From NCBI GenBank assembly GCA_951406725.2, contig OX597819.1, positions 118,420,001 to 118,484,000 on the forward strand: a DNA stretch of 64,000 nucleotides. Direction: 5' to 3'. A model generated the notes under the pieces. It was not told the DNA's origin and ran no database searches. It saw nothing but the letters and a program-made list of their open reading frames with translations. The stretch comes from Octopus vulgaris (lineage: Eukaryota). Both the position numbers and the translations under genes were made by a program. Each line of letters starts with the position of its first letter. Within the stretch, counting starts at the first letter, position 1. Below, in pieces: positions 1-13,884 of the stretch.

Positions 1-992
1 ATAGATAGATAGATAGATAGATAGAGAATTGAAAGAGTCTTATTAGCCGTATGATATTTTAAACATTTTCGCGCTGTTGTTTCGAAAAATCATATAACGT
101 ACAATAGAAATCTTTAATAAATATTTCCAAATTTCAGTATTTACTTATTTATGTTTGTTGTATATAATCTCACAAGGTTCATATTTTCAGCAGTATTATT
201 TGCTTTTACCAATATTTTTGTAATTTACCATGTTTACCTGTGTTTTTCCAATAATGTTTCGTTTTAAATAATCTCCCATTCTGCTGTTCAATTTATTTCT
301 GTCATAGAATAATGGTTTCTCTTTCCCGAAAGAAAAAAAAGTCATTCATTTTTATTTCGTTTGTCTTGGTAGCTGAATTTGTGTATGTACGGCAAAGTGT
401 TTGTCTCTGGCCCTCTCTCTCTTTATTTTTGTCTTTCCTTTACACGGCATCATTTTGTGTGTTATTCTATCTGTCTGCCTGTATGTATGTCTTTATGCTT
501 CTCTCTCTCTTTCCCTTACATACACATACATTCACTCTGTTTGTAGAAACTGGGAAAAAAATCAATAAACAGGGTAATAAACCCTTACGTTTGAAAGGAT
601 AGTAGGAAATTAGATTTGTTTCATATATTTGATTAAACTGCGTGTAACAACTGGCTATCTTGTCGCTTGTGAAATATGAAACACTTTCCCGTTATATTTC
701 ATCTTTTCACTCCATCAAGCCCCCCTCCCCCCATTCCTCTCAGGTCAGTTAATTATGTCCCTTCAGAACATAACCGCAAAAGATATATTAAAAAAATATA
801 GTATTTTTCTCAATTAATTTGATTACAATGATTCAGTTCTGGCGATCATCATGTGAAATAAGGGAACTTCTCTAACATGAATTTATATATCGCTATCTCA
901 ATACTGTAAAATTCTATATCTTACAAGAGAATATTGGCCAAACTTGTGACAGATAAATAGAGGTTATGAAAATAATAATGATAATAATAATG

Positions 993-1037
<45 letters not shown>

Positions 1038-1040
<3 letters not shown>

Positions 1041-1819
1041 CAAAATGAAACCATTGACCATGTGGTCTCCAAGTGCAGTCTTCTAGCGCCTACAGAGTAT
1101 CTCAACAGGCACGATAGAGCTGCACAATATATTCACTGGGTAATCTGTAAAAACCTGGATTTGCCCCATGAAAAAAACTGGTGGGAACACAAACCACCCC
1201 CAGTGCTTGAAAATGACCACATCTCACTCCTCTGGAACTTCACCATTCAAACTGACAGGAAGATAGATGCAAATAGGCCAGACATCATATTGAAAAACTT
1301 CAAACAAAGAACATGCCTCCTCATTGATATGACTGTCCCAATCGATATAAACGTATCTGTCAAGACCTACCAAAAACTGAGCAAATATAAAGATCTTGAA
1401 ATAGAAATCAGCAAAATGTGGAAGCTGAAGACTAAAACAATACCTGTTGTCATAGGTGCCCTGGGAATGATAGCAAAAGGGGCTGATAGCTACCTAACTC
1501 AGATACCAGGAAACCCAAAAATGGCAGAAGTTCAAAAGATAGTGCTCATGGGAACTGCTCATATCCTACGCAAAATACTCTCTATGTAATCTCAAGGTTT
1601 AAAACAAACATAATTTTCGGTTTAAAAAAAAAAAAAAAAAAAAACAACTTTTTAAAAAATTTTTTTTTTTAGACATTCATTAGTACAACATCCCCACCCC
1701 CCAAATATATGGCACACTAGGCATAACAACAACATGAACTTCCAACCCTGTTGTCTCTTGAGGTCTCTGGGTGAGACTTGGAGCCAACTTGTACAAATAT
1801 AAAGCAAAAGTCAAACATA

Positions 1820-1820
<1 letters not shown>
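1038..1820 (+). mobile_element. 5'-truncated R4/Dong-type non-LTR retrotransposon (end of zinc knuckle, RLE endonuclease, 3' UTR) inserted in (AAT)n
   Basis: ORF 966..1589 after the poly-I artefact reads ETIDHVVSKC, RHD, LLWNF, RPDII..LIDM..KLSKYKDL, IPVVIGALG, GTAHILRKIL. (AAT)n arrays abut both ends (about 970-1037 and 1821-1920). Confidence 0.9.
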
Positions 1821-1877
<57 letters not shown>

Positions 1878-1920
1878 TATAATTATAATAATAAAAATAA
1901 AAATAATAATGATAATAATA

Positions 1921-4120
1921 ATCAGCAAAAAATGGGCAACTAGTATGCCCTGGGACCAGAGGTAGTTAAAGACTACTGGGTTAAAAGATTCGGGGAATGT
2001 CATGCGCGAATAGCTGCACAAATTGACACATTAAATGCCGACCAAGTAACACCATAGTTGTTAACAATGGGTAGGACAGTGCTGTGCTTGAAAAACATCG
2101 AAAAAGGCAATACAGTAGCGAATTACGGGAACAGTCGCAGAGTCAATGTACGAACATCTGAGAAAAAAGAAAAAAAAGAAATGGAATCCTGTCTCATGAG
2201 CAGAAAGTTTGCAAGCGTAAGTGTAGATGAACCAAGGTTCAACTCGTTGAAGACAAAACTGTACTTAGACATTGCAAGTGGAGAAAAACTAACTTAGCCA
2301 TGTCATGGATAGATTATAGTAAGGCGTACGATATGATCCCACATTCTTCGATTATGGAATGTATGAACCTATTTGGTATTGGCTCTGATGTTGAGCGATT
2401 GCCTGGAAAAAGCATAGTGAAGTGGAGGACGGAACTGACGGCATATAGTAGAAGCTTAGAGATAATAGAAATCAGGAGAGACATCTTCCAGGAGAACTGC
2501 CTGTCCCCACTGATCTTTGTACTGTGCATGATACCACTAACAATGATTGTGGGGATAGCAAAGCTGGGTATGTAATCAAAAGCCGGCAACAAAGAGTCAA
2601 CCACTTGTTATTTATGGATGACTTCAAACTTTATCGTAAAGATTAATCACAAGCCAGTTACCTCGTTGATACGGTGTATACTTTCATTATTGATATCAGA
2701 GTTCTGATTGAAAAAGTGTGGTGTGTTAGTTTTGAAGAGAAGGAAAACTCAAATATATAGACGCGCTAGTGATACTGTCGGGGGAGGTTATGAAGCAGAG
2801 ATGTTATTGAGGTTATTGGAAATGGATAAATTGACGGGGAAAGAAACGGCAAAATAATTTTAGGTGGAGTACTAGCGCAGACTGAGACTGATACTTGAAT
2901 CAAAATAAAAAGGGAGGAATAAGATTGAGGCTATCAATACCGCGGCGGTTTCACTGCTTTGATATTGAGCAGGTATAATCGCATTGACAGCAGACAAACT
3001 AAACAGCTTAGACAGAAATATAAGGAACTTGCTGACTAGGTATGGGATACTCCACCCCAAAATTGACTCAGGCAGATGGTATGTAGGAAGAAAACGATAG
3101 GGAAGATGACTGACTGAATGGGATTACACCTTTAAAGCAAAAGAAAACAACATATCATGACATGTAAAAAATGTCACAGAACCACTATTATTGAAGTAAG
3201 AAAGTCACACACGTGTAGGATGGAAGATGGCAAAGATAAAGCGCTGTAAAGCACTTGAGAATGAATGAAACTGATAATAGGTGGGTAAAGAAAATGATGC
3301 ATGGACAATTTCATAGGGATGTTGAATGTAAGACAAACAGAGAAAAATGATGGCTGTGGATGACTAAAGGTGCTTTAAAATAGGAACGGATGCTATAATT
3401 CGTACTGCCCAAGAGCAACTACTAAGAATTAATTACATCAAATACAAAACAGACAACAGGCCAGAAAGTGAGAAGTGCAGAATCTGTCGACAATATGGTG
3501 AAACTGTATGGTATATTACCAGCCAATGTACGCCACTAGCCGGAGTAAGAATATCAGACGTCATGACAATATAGCAAGGATTGTCCATTGGACACTTTGC
3601 AACAAGTATGGACTTGACAGAGGAAAATGTGGTGCGAACGTAAACAGGAAGTCATCATCAGAAACGATGATGCAGTGATCCTATGGGATTTTATGATTCA
3701 GTGCGACCATGAGATGGAGAATAGGAAAATAGGACATAGTATTAATTGAGAAAGAAAGCAAATGATGCTAGATTATAGATGTAGCATGCCCAGCTGACAA
3801 AAATGTATGCGATAAGGAAGAAAGCAACGTCGATAGATATGACAGGTTAGATTGGCATGTTCAGCAGTTGTGGTCGCTCAAAAAGGTGGTATTAGTACAA
3901 ATAAATGTATGAGACCTGGAAAATTGAGTAAGAACTTCAGATGTACATGAAACCAATAGGGGCTGCAATAAGATTGGAGCACTTGCAGGAAACAGCAGTG
4001 CTTGGAATCACTTGAATACTCCGGAGGGTGCTCGAAAAATGAGGGGTGTTACTTTAATTCACTGGTAGTGAACAGCTGACACGTGAAGTACATATCCAGC
4101 GCTAGAAGCTCTGCAAAGGC
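1921..4120 (+). mobile_element. Decayed R4/Dong-type retrotransposon (RT, CCHC, RLE) with many stops and frameshifts
   Basis: Motifs in order: WIDYSKAYDMIPH, IFQENCLSPLIF, HLLFMDDFKLY, CRICRQYGETV, RHDNIA, LWDFMIQCDH, IIDVACP. Ends in an (AAT)n tail at about 4135. Confidence 0.85.
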
Positions 4121-4134
4121 AATGATGATGATCG

Positions 4135-4144
4135 TAATAATATT

Positions 4145-4232
<88 letters not shown>

Positions 4233-4238
4233 TTATTA

Positions 4239-4323
<85 letters not shown>
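4135..4323. repeat. (AAT)n array immediately followed by (TAT)n, forming an inverted microsatellite
   Basis: The repeat strand flips at about 4230. Confidence 0.95.
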
Positions 4324-4439
4324 TCAACAGTACGTCTGTCTGTCAAGTTAAAAATAAGAAGTGATAAAAATTCAAAATTATACAAATTTAAGCGTAAAGT
4401 ATGAACAAGAGCAAACAGCGTCATACATTCTGAGAAGTG

Positions 4440-5783
4440 AGAGTGACGCAGATTCAGAATACTCTGAGAATATGCACTTTCAAGTTTTCTTCAAAATTGC
4501 AGCCGCTTGAAACGAAATTTTCGAGAGACAGTTACTAAAGACATTCAATTTCCTTCATGGTCATGAAACAATACTCTGGTTACGATTCACTGGTGATGTA
4601 TTTTTTTGTCTGGGAAGGATCACAGGATAGTTTAATGGATTTCTTGCATTTCTGTGACTGTTATGCTAGAAACTATGGCTTTAAGTCCAACATAAAATTT
4701 ACGTCTAGCTTTTGAAAGACTAGCGTTGAATTTTTGGACACAAAAGTGAAGTTTTCTGGAGGCAGAATAGTGACACAGTTATTTTGTAAGCCCACGTCAT
4801 CCTACATTTATCTCCACCGCCGCTCCGATCATGCACATCATCTTATTCGGTCAAATACGAAATGCTAATTTTTGAGGGTAAAACGGATTTGCACTGACAT
4901 AGGGGATTATTGGAAACATGCAAATGCTTTTGTATATAATTATGTCAAACGCGGTTATAGTGAATCACGATAAAGGAAATAGCAAATGAAATAGCTAAGA
5001 TTAGTATAGATAGTCAAACCTAAACGTATAATTTTAGCAAACACAGTACAATAAATGACAGGATTTCTTTAGTGATTAGCTGGCACCCACATTTCGCTGT
5101 TATTTCAAAAGTTTTGCATGAAAGTTACCAGCATGTGGCGAAAAACTATCCTCGATTCGAACATATTTTCCTCAGCCGCCTATTGTAGCCTTTAGATGGT
5201 ATAAGAATATAAGAGAATTATTGACCTCTATATCTGACTACAAGAAAACGAACGTTGGAGTATCTGCACGCTGTATTTTAGGGAACAGCCGCAAGGGAGG
5301 TAAGCCTTGTTTATTGTGCAACAACATGAGTGAAGTGAATTCCATGAGAAATCATAACAGAAACGTTATGATTTATACAGAAGGTGGAACATGTAAAGAT
5401 TCCCATTTGGTGTACGCTGCAGAATGCACGAAACGCAGCTTAATCGATGTTGGTTGTATAACAGAACAATTAAACAAAATGTTTAATGGGCACAGATTCG
5501 ACGTCAGGCACAATAACAGCATTTCGGCAGAACTTGCTGAACGTTTCGTTTCTATCGGCTGCAATTTTGAAGAAGACTTGAAAATGCATATTCTCAGAAA
5601 ATATTCTGAATCTGCTTCACTTTCACTTTTCAGAATGTATGAAGAGAAATATGTCTGCAGGTTAATAACATCACGCCCTGGAAGAATGAATAAGATGACA
5701 GGAGAATATCATCAGATTTATACAAAACTGTTTCATTAAAGCAATAACAAATCTCTGAACGAGGTATAAACAGTAACTGCACG
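4440..5783 (+). mobile_element. Decayed Penelope-like element: RT C-terminal half plus GIY-YIG endonuclease
   Basis: WLRFTGDVFF (degenerate RYIDD), IKFT, VEFLDTKV, LFCKPTSSYIYLH. ORF 5221..5739 has CLLC, CKDSHLVYAAECTK..VGCITEQLNKMFNGHR, and a terminal GRMN. Confidence 0.85.
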
Positions 5784-6267
5784 ACAATGTGAGGTATATT
5801 TGCCATCTTAATATGGCTAACCACTAAGGGTGGGTGTTACTGTAGCTTGTAGCCCCGGGAGAACATCGTCTCCAGCTGGCTTTAGGCACACTTTCTGTGC
5901 CCTAATGTATTTGCAAAGGGAGGCCATCCTTCCCTCGTCAACCTAAGTGATACGCACGGACTGCAGTTTCTAGGTATTGACCTGTCATCAGCGTACGACA
6001 ATCACCGGTTTTCGGTGCATTGGGACTCCTTTCATCGAAAACCGGTGATTATCGTACGCTGATGACAGGTCAATACCAAGAAACTGCAGTCCGTGCGTAT
6101 CACTTAGGTTGACGAGAAAGGGATGACCTCCCTTTGCAAATACCATAAGGGCACAGAAAGTGTGCCTAAAGCCAGTTGGAGATGATGTTCTCCTGGGGCT
6201 ACAAGCTACAGTAACACCCACCCTTAGTGGTTAGCCATGTTGAGATGGCAAATATACCTCAAATTGT
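5784..6267. repeat. Long fold-back palindrome (arms about 234 bp, 15-nt spacer), PLE pseudo-LTR-like
   Basis: 5784-6017 is the reverse complement of 6033-6267 with scattered mismatches. Confidence 0.95.
6053..6097 (+). ncRNA. Minimal type I hammerhead ribozyme (mirror copy at 5953-5997 on the minus strand)
   Basis: cgtacg CTGATGA caggtcaataccaa GAAAC tgca GTC cgtgcg. Stem I is cgtacg/cgtgcg, stem II is aggt/acct in the mirror copy, the stem III loop is palindromic and the cleavage triplet is GUC. Confidence 0.8.
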
Positions 6268-6898
6268 TTCATAAAATATTCTTCTTTATCTCTTTTTCTT
6301 TCCTTTTTTATGTCGTTTTCTTTTTTCTGTTTTTTCTGTCTTTTTCTTTTCGCCTGATATAAAATTGCAACTTAAAACTGATGATGTCATTCCATCAATG
6401 TATGTATATTTATATATATACATGCACACACAGTATTAATAAATAAATATTAAAAGAATAAGAAATGAAGACTGTTCTTCCCAATCATTTGGTTCATATG
6501 GCCGGTTTCGTTGATTTGTGTAGCGTGTAATATTCCCCCTCCATTTTCTTTAGTCGGAACATCAGTGTGTCCCAGGATTACTAATTTTTGCCAGGTAAAT
6601 GGCCTGGAGGAAAGTGAAATGAAATTTTATGCTGAAGAACAAAACGCGTCATTCTCTCTAGCGATCGAAACCACAATTTAATGGACCAGATTGCAACACA
6701 TTAAGCACCGAGCAACGCACCTTCACACACATGTATAGGTATGCATATGACGGACGCTCCCCTCAATGACGACGATGTGTGTGTGTGTGTGCACGCCGCG
6801 AGGAGACTAAAAAACTATCCACCAAACAGACTCACATTGTTATTTCTAGCATTCACCAATGTTTATAATTCATTCATTTTACCCGCTGACTCCAAATA

Positions 6899-7171
6899 TT
6901 CCTTCTCGAGCTATGCCTGACTCATAAAAGCCGGTTTCTCGGTTTCTGGAAGTATAGGTTCCCCACCAGGTGAGCTGCAAGATGCAGGAGGAAAGAGTGA
7001 GAGAAAGTTGTGGCGAAAGAGTCAGCAGAAATTCGCTATTACCTTCTGCCGGAGCCGTGTGGAGCTTAGGTGTTTTCGCTCATAAACACACACATCACCC
7101 GGTCTGAGATTCGAACCCGTGATCCCTCGACCGCAAGTCCGCTGCTCTAACCACTAAGCCATATGCCGCCA
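6899..7171 (-). mobile_element. tRNA-derived SINE (A-type head, 'gaaaccgggaaaccggc'-type tail)
   Basis: On the minus strand: A box tggcttagtggttagag, B box ggttcgaatc. Homologous to 57796-58079. Confidence 0.8.
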
Positions 7172-7424
7172 CTAACTCCTAATGCTAGTCTCCACGCCAC
7201 CAAAAGCAATATGGATATGAGCATGAGCATGGCTTATTAAACCAGTAGCTGATGTAGCTATGATAACACAATGTAGTCAACGATGGTTGGCAGGAAGACT
7301 ACAGTTCTATTGATATATTTTCCTCTCTACCCGTAACTGCCCTTTATGCTGTTCCTTTTTGATTTCGAAATTTTCAATCGAGAAAACGCATTCTCTCCCC
7401 CAGTCTGCACGGTTTCTCGAAAAG

Positions 7425-7607
7425 TTACTCTTTACTCTTTACTCTTTTACATGTTTCAGACATTTGACTGCGGCGATGCTGGAGCACCGCCTTTAGTCGA
7501 ATCAAATCGACCCCGGGACTTATTCTTTGCAAGCCTAGTACTTATTACGGGGACGTAAACATACCAGCAACGGTTGTCAAGCGATGTGGGGGGACACAAA
7601 CACACAC

Positions 7608-7682
<75 letters not shown>

Positions 7683-7847
7683 TACGACGGGCTTCTTTCA
7701 GTTTCCGTCTACCAAATCAACTCACAAGTCTTTCGTAGACCCGAGGCTATTGAATGAGACACTTGCCCAAGATGCCACGCAGTGGGACTGAACCCGGAAC
7801 AATGTGGTTGGTAAGCAAGCTACTTATCACACAGCAACACCTGCGCC
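7425..7847 (-). mobile_element. tRNA-derived SINE family B with internal (TA)n and (agtaaaag)n tail
   Basis: Homologous to 51897-52316. Contains the CORE-like ttgggcaagtgtct segment. Confidence 0.9.
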
Positions 7848-9834
7848 TTCTCAATGTTTGTTTTCCTAATACTCAATCGTTATAGATTATCTCTTTTAAT
7901 TTGTCCTACCGTAGAGGTGCCCAGCCGACATTTCGCCGGGATTTTACAAGTTAACCATAAAAGATATGCCTTGGCATTAGACATCTGTTTATGTAAAGGA
8001 TCTGCTCACACCATCGTACCTGCGACTTGATCAAGAAAACCTCTATACTGGATATTCTACACATTTCCCAGATATAGCTATCCTATCACCTAACGCAAAT
8101 TTTCATATTTACCTGAGAAATTGTTCTGCTAATCATTAGCACAGGTGATTTATACACGTCAGTTTTTGATTTTACCTGAGATATCTTGAGCATTCCAATG
8201 TCGATCATAAATCTTCCCAAAAGCTCTACTATCTTTTCCAAAAGAGTATTCACACAGACACACAGATACACACACCTACACAAACACACAAATATGTATA
8301 TATATATACATACATATATATACATATATATATACGCCCTCACACGTGTGTGTCTCCCTCTGTGCGTGTGTGTGTGCATACATATATTCACATTCACATG
8401 CGTATTCGCATATACACATGTATAGTAAAGAATGAAAGGATAAATATGATGGTGTTACCTAATTTTATGAATAGTTACAATCGTTTCAACAGCAACTGGA
8501 AAAGTTTCATCAATTTTCATAATTGTTTTTATGTATAAAATTATATTAATTCATACAATAATTTAATGATGATGTTACTATCAGCCATCTCGTAAGATCA
8601 AATAAATTTGCAATAGTGGAGCATCCACTATATCCATCAAATATAATGAGAAATATTAGACTCCAGAACACTAGAAAAATAAAGTAAATAGCAAGTGTTC
8701 GCATTATACAGACCATCTTTCAGTAGACAGAAATGAAGTTAAGGAACATAACAGATTACTCTCCTGATCTATTAGAAAACCCGCCAGTTAATTATATACA
8801 AATGTGCAGGAGGCGAAGCAAGTTAGACATAAACCAGATTTCAGATACATCAATTTATTTATTGCTATAAATTTGGAAATACCATTTAAGGGAAGAATCG
8901 CAGTTTAAAGAAACATTAGCATATAGGAGTGATTTGAAAGGAACAGTAATGAATAAAGAAAGCACCACGGTTGGGCTTAGAATGAAAGCAGAGAATAAAA
9001 TTATGCACACCTCAGTAATCAAGCCCAGTTAATATTGAGTCATCTACAGTTTAATTGATATTAAATTAGATTCATTAAGTATTAAAATGGATACACTAGT
9101 TATGAAATGAACGATCGGTTGGTTTCACAAGAAGTAATTCAATTGAAAGGTGACAGAATTAATAGGGCAAGAACACAACAATTAATATTATGGGAAATTA
9201 AGTTAGCATGGTGTACTGACTGAAATATTCGCCTGGATTTCATTAATCGTTACTTTCTCTGATATAAGTATATACATATACATATTTATACACACACACA
9301 GACATACATACACATATATACATGAATATCTATATATGCATACATGCATACATACACACACATATAAAATAATGGTAGCAATGCAGCTTGTCTGCAGGCG
9401 TATGCTTGAATCGAAGAAAAGAATTAGGCTTGTATATGCACGTTTGTGTGTAAGTGTGTATGTATTTCTTGAATGATACAGTTATAGATTGCCACATACA
9501 AGACTTGAAGATTCTGATACAATAGTACGATTATCGCTCCACTTCGTTTGCTGCCGCAAGTGCGGTGCTGTTATCGCCAACAATAATAAACGCAAAAACA
9601 ATAAGATACACCACCGGTGAAAGGAAAATAATCTCTTCTGAGTAGAAGATACAAGAGAAAGAGCTTTCTATAGCTTGATTGCCCGGACCTGGCAATAACA
9701 CCATTATATAACGTTTGTAATAGCTTTAAAGTAGTGAATTAATGTATTTATTAAGATACCACGAACATATTTAGATAAACATATATATACAAGAAAATCG
9801 GTTGCACACGTTATGTATCTGAATTTGAGTATTC

Positions 9835-9887
<53 letters not shown>

Positions 9888-10037
9888 TATATATATATAT
9901 ATATATGCTCATATACATATCCATACGCATCTATATGTGCGTGCGTGTGAATGTATATGTGTATACATATAGACTGATAGAGATTGGTAGATAGATAAAT
10001 AGATAGAAATTTAGATGTAAATATACACCCACATACC

Positions 10038-10112
<75 letters not shown>

Positions 10113-10559
10113 ATATATATATATGGGTTTCACAAATAGTTTGTAGGTAGACGGTTCATAGCTATGCAAGCATAATATACGATAAGGTATACGAAATGTC
10201 CTAAGTCAGTGCCACTTTCTACTGCGTCAGTAGTGATACATAATATTCTTGAGGTTATTTCTACAGATATTCCATAGAAATCATAACCAGTATGGCATAT
10301 TTACTCATTACCCATATTTGTCCCCGATCTCATTGTTTGTTTACATCTGACGTTGCGATACGAAGCGTTGTAGCAAGAATCATTGCTGGCTATAAGTTCT
10401 ATAGAATATCTGCAGAAATAACCAAATAAAAGTAATTACAGGTTTCAGCCAGAGGTTATTGGCATACTATGGTATTGCCTTTAATATAATCGGCGTTGTT
10501 TGTATTTGTTGTAGTAGACTTCTTGATGGAGTAGCTATTTTTTATATATCTCGTTTCAT

Positions 10560-10920
10560 TATATGCTCTCAGCATGTATTTCAGATAAAAATTTGTACAA
10601 ACCTTCTGTAATTACTCCACTTGTACTCCTCAGAGATCAATGACGATGCTTGGCAGATTATTGAAAATTTGTGCGTCATTGAAACATAAGTTATTACTAT
10701 ACTGGGTCCGCATTCTGGATGTAGAAATGTAGTTGTTGTTACTATGTGATGCTGTTCAATTTGTCGGTTGCCATTTGCAAAGTTTGAATCTAGAATTTCC
10801 AGCATTCTCTAAATGTATATCACTGCATAGCATTCGAATCTGTCTCCGTCAGCACGCTGGAATACTGCCTGTCACCTTTCATCCGAACCTTAAGCTCTAT
10901 TTAAATGGCTATTTGTAGCT
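10560..10920 (-). mobile_element. Highly decayed CR1-like LINE 3' coding remnant
   Basis: Minus-strand reading YAVIYI*RMLEILDSNF ... RMRTQYSNNLCFNDAQIFNNLP resembles the CR1-type ORF2 C-terminus. Confidence 0.5.
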
Positions 10921-11716
10921 GTTGGAGAATTCCACCAAACTCAGGTTGAGGACGGTTGCTGCGAGAAGGCCATAGATCTGGCAGCAGATTTCCTGGCCCT
11001 ACATCCGAAAACAGCCAGAAGTGGTGGCTCTCGGCTATTTCCTATGACCACATCAGTTTCAATTTCTGGCCTTCTAATGACACCAATCAGTAGAGAAAGA
11101 CACCAACCGCACTGCCTACAACACCACAGTCGAGCAAAGTTTCAAATTTAGCTTATACATATCAAGAGTGTATATATATAGACAGTATATGCCTAGTTTT
11201 ACGCACATAAGGTTGATTTGGTCTCAGGGGGATTGAAAAAGGACTATAAGAGAATGCAAGAATTTTGGCGGTATGAATCTTTTTGGTCTATAAAAATAAT
11301 TTCGATAGTATACTTAAATATTTTCAGCTTCTTTACTGAAACTACGAACATTTTAAAGTTTCCCAAGACTTTGGCAATTTCTACTTATTTATATTCCTGA
11401 TTTTATTAATTCCCATTAACTTATAGGAATACCATTATATCTGTACCTTTGATATTCTGTTGAAATCATTTTTATGTTTAGTATTTGTTTGCTTTTTGAA
11501 TTATGTTGGAAAAGATTTAGTGTGTTTCAGTATAGCTAGCCCAATGTTCACAGCCTGAACATAACACTTCTCAAGAATTTTGTTTGATGATCTCTGTTGA
11601 CACAGAGAAATTGAAATACCCTAAGGGCAAAATATTTGTTTGAATAATATTTTTAAATATTTAAAGAGCATCAGGATACATAGAAAGACAAATTCACTCG
11701 CGTCTATATACAAGTA

Positions 11717-12243
11717 CTAGCAGGATAACCCGACTTTGCCTGGGATTAAGTTAGGATTATGAAGATAAACATGTTCCATATTTCCAACCAAACTAACATC
11801 GACGTCAAATTTGGGCAAAATCCGTTGAAATTGGTGTATATATATATGAGCAACATACACACATACACACACGTAGGTACACTTATTGCATACATGTGTG
11901 TGTGTGTTGCCTGTATATCAACAAAACACTTTTTTCCTCGACGTAAAAAAACAAAACAATGAAAGTCTTAGCAAAAACTTACTCGTCGCTAGAAGGGGAC
12001 TTAACTCCTGTTTCCAGAAAAAAATGTTGAAAATTGTGAAAAGTTTCGGTTGAAAATTTATTTTTACTGCTGTTCGCTGGTGCCTCTGGGAAAAATAAGT
12101 TAACGAAAATACAGCTAAGATCATGACGAATGTCCTCCTAAAACTGGAGCGACGTTCGTGCTAGTTTGTGGACGGGAATAATTAAATTACATTCACGCAC
12201 ACGCACACACACACACACACGTCCTGCCTTTTATATATACAGA
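11717..12243 (-). mobile_element. Non-autonomous Helitron
   Basis: On the minus strand it starts TCtgtatatataaaaggcag and ends with hairpin cccaggcaaagtcggg followed by CTAG. A second copy is at 22203-22791. Confidence 0.75.
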
Positions 12244-12319
12244 TGCCTATATATTGATATACATTTTGTGTGTGTGTGTATGTGTGTCTGAGTGTGTGTG
12301 TGTGTGTGTGTGTGTCTGC

Positions 12320-12625
12320 AGAAAATGTGATTGCAGACGCTCTTCAGCATGGTTTATCTTTTACACGTTGTCTTATGTAAGACTTAGAAACAGTAAATGA
12401 AGAAATCTCAGCAGAGGAAAAATTTGCATTCATCTTTATTGTTTTAGTGGAAAGTAAAGTAGAAAAAGTTTTCAGTGGAAAATTGATTTTTGGCTTTCCA
12501 GAGCTAAATATATTACCAGTTGGTGTTGCAGTTATAAATTGCATGGACCTCTTCGGTTTAAAAAAGAATTGGAGTATCTTATAGAGACATTTATTGCATG
12601 TTTGCTGAATTGAATCATATAACAC
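12320..12625 (+). mobile_element. Possible Gypsy LTR retrotransposon pol remnant (RNase H end to integrase N-terminus)
   Basis: ENVIADAL (cf. N.VADALSR), later MDLFGLKKNWSIL*RHL (cf. MGHFGVKKT..IL..HF). Contains stops. Confidence 0.35.
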
Positions 12626-12646
12626 CGTTCCATGACTAGCAATGTA

Positions 12647-13212
12647 TTGGGTTGTCCGGAAAGTTCATGCCGATTTTTAAAGGAAAGAAAATGGTCAATA
12701 AATACTTGCCATTACGTTTTTAATCAACCAAATATGAACTATTTTGTGGCACAATGCGTCTCCATCTTTCCTTTACCTTGAAAATACCCTCTTCTCAGAA
12801 TTGAGGTGGTTTCATGGCAAAGAATTCATCAAGGTATATTTTTACATCATCCAAGGAATTGAAATTTTTACCATTAAGACTACTTTGCAGAGACCTGAAT
12901 TAGTGGAAACCCGAAGGAGCAATACCTGATGAATATGGAGGGTGAGGCAACACATCCCAGCCGAGCTGCAGCAATTGTCGCCTGGTTCCCAAAGCATCAA
13001 ATGCCGAAAATGAACTTTCTTGTCTTCCATTTTAAAGGGTTACAGAATTAACACAGGTTATAGGAACATAAACCTTCTTCCACGAAAAGGTAGATTAAAC
13101 TGTGCTCTAAATGGCGGTGTAGTTAAATCCTATTTTATGGACACAACCATGTTCTAAATTAAGTCGAAAGGTCAGCTACAATAAATCGGCACGAACTTTC
13201 CGGACGACCCAA
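12647..13212 (-). mobile_element. Internally deleted mariner element with both TIRs and TA target duplication
   Basis: TIRs ttgggttgtccggaaagttcatgccgattt and aaatcggcacgaactttccggacgacccaa are flanked by TA. The N-terminus MEDKKVHFRHLMLWE is fused to C-terminal WDVLPHPPYSSGIAPSGFH*FRSL. Confidence 0.9.
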
Positions 13213-13587
13213 TATATGTGCATATGTACACACAGGCACTCAACTCACTCACACATACACAGAGTTACATTCATACATACAGCAAGTCTAGCCTTTATGT
13301 AAATTTATAAAGTAAATGATATAACAATTTTTGAGTGTTGCACAAAAGCGACAGTAATATTTCTCTCAATGCAATTAATACGTTTCCAGTACACTTTATT
13401 AGTTTACGTCACTTTATACGCATGAATAACACTGACTCACACACATTCTGACGCTGAGATATAGCCTCACCTAACTATGTATTATATTCAGATAGACAGA
13501 AATGTCATTGTATGTAAACTTATATCACTGTGCGTGTATTTGTAAGTGTCTGTAACAGTTTATGTCTTTCTTTTTTTTTATCTTTTT

Positions 13588-13788
13588 TTCTTTTACTTGT
13601 TTCAGTCATTTGACTGCGGCCATGCTGGGGCACCGCCTTTAATCGAGCAACTCGACCCCGGTACTTATTCTTTTTTGTAAGCCCAGTACTTATTCTATCG
13701 GTCTCTTTTGCCGAACCGCTAAGTAACGGGGACATAAACACACCAGCATCGGTTGTCAAGCAATGCTAGGGGGACAAACACAGACACA

Positions 13789-13884
<96 letters not shown>

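Noticed and set aside
8560-9260. Possible RTE-like LINE remnant (similar weak traces at 21830-22180 and 22950-23740)
   Set aside because: Only faint motif echoes, too decayed to support by eye.
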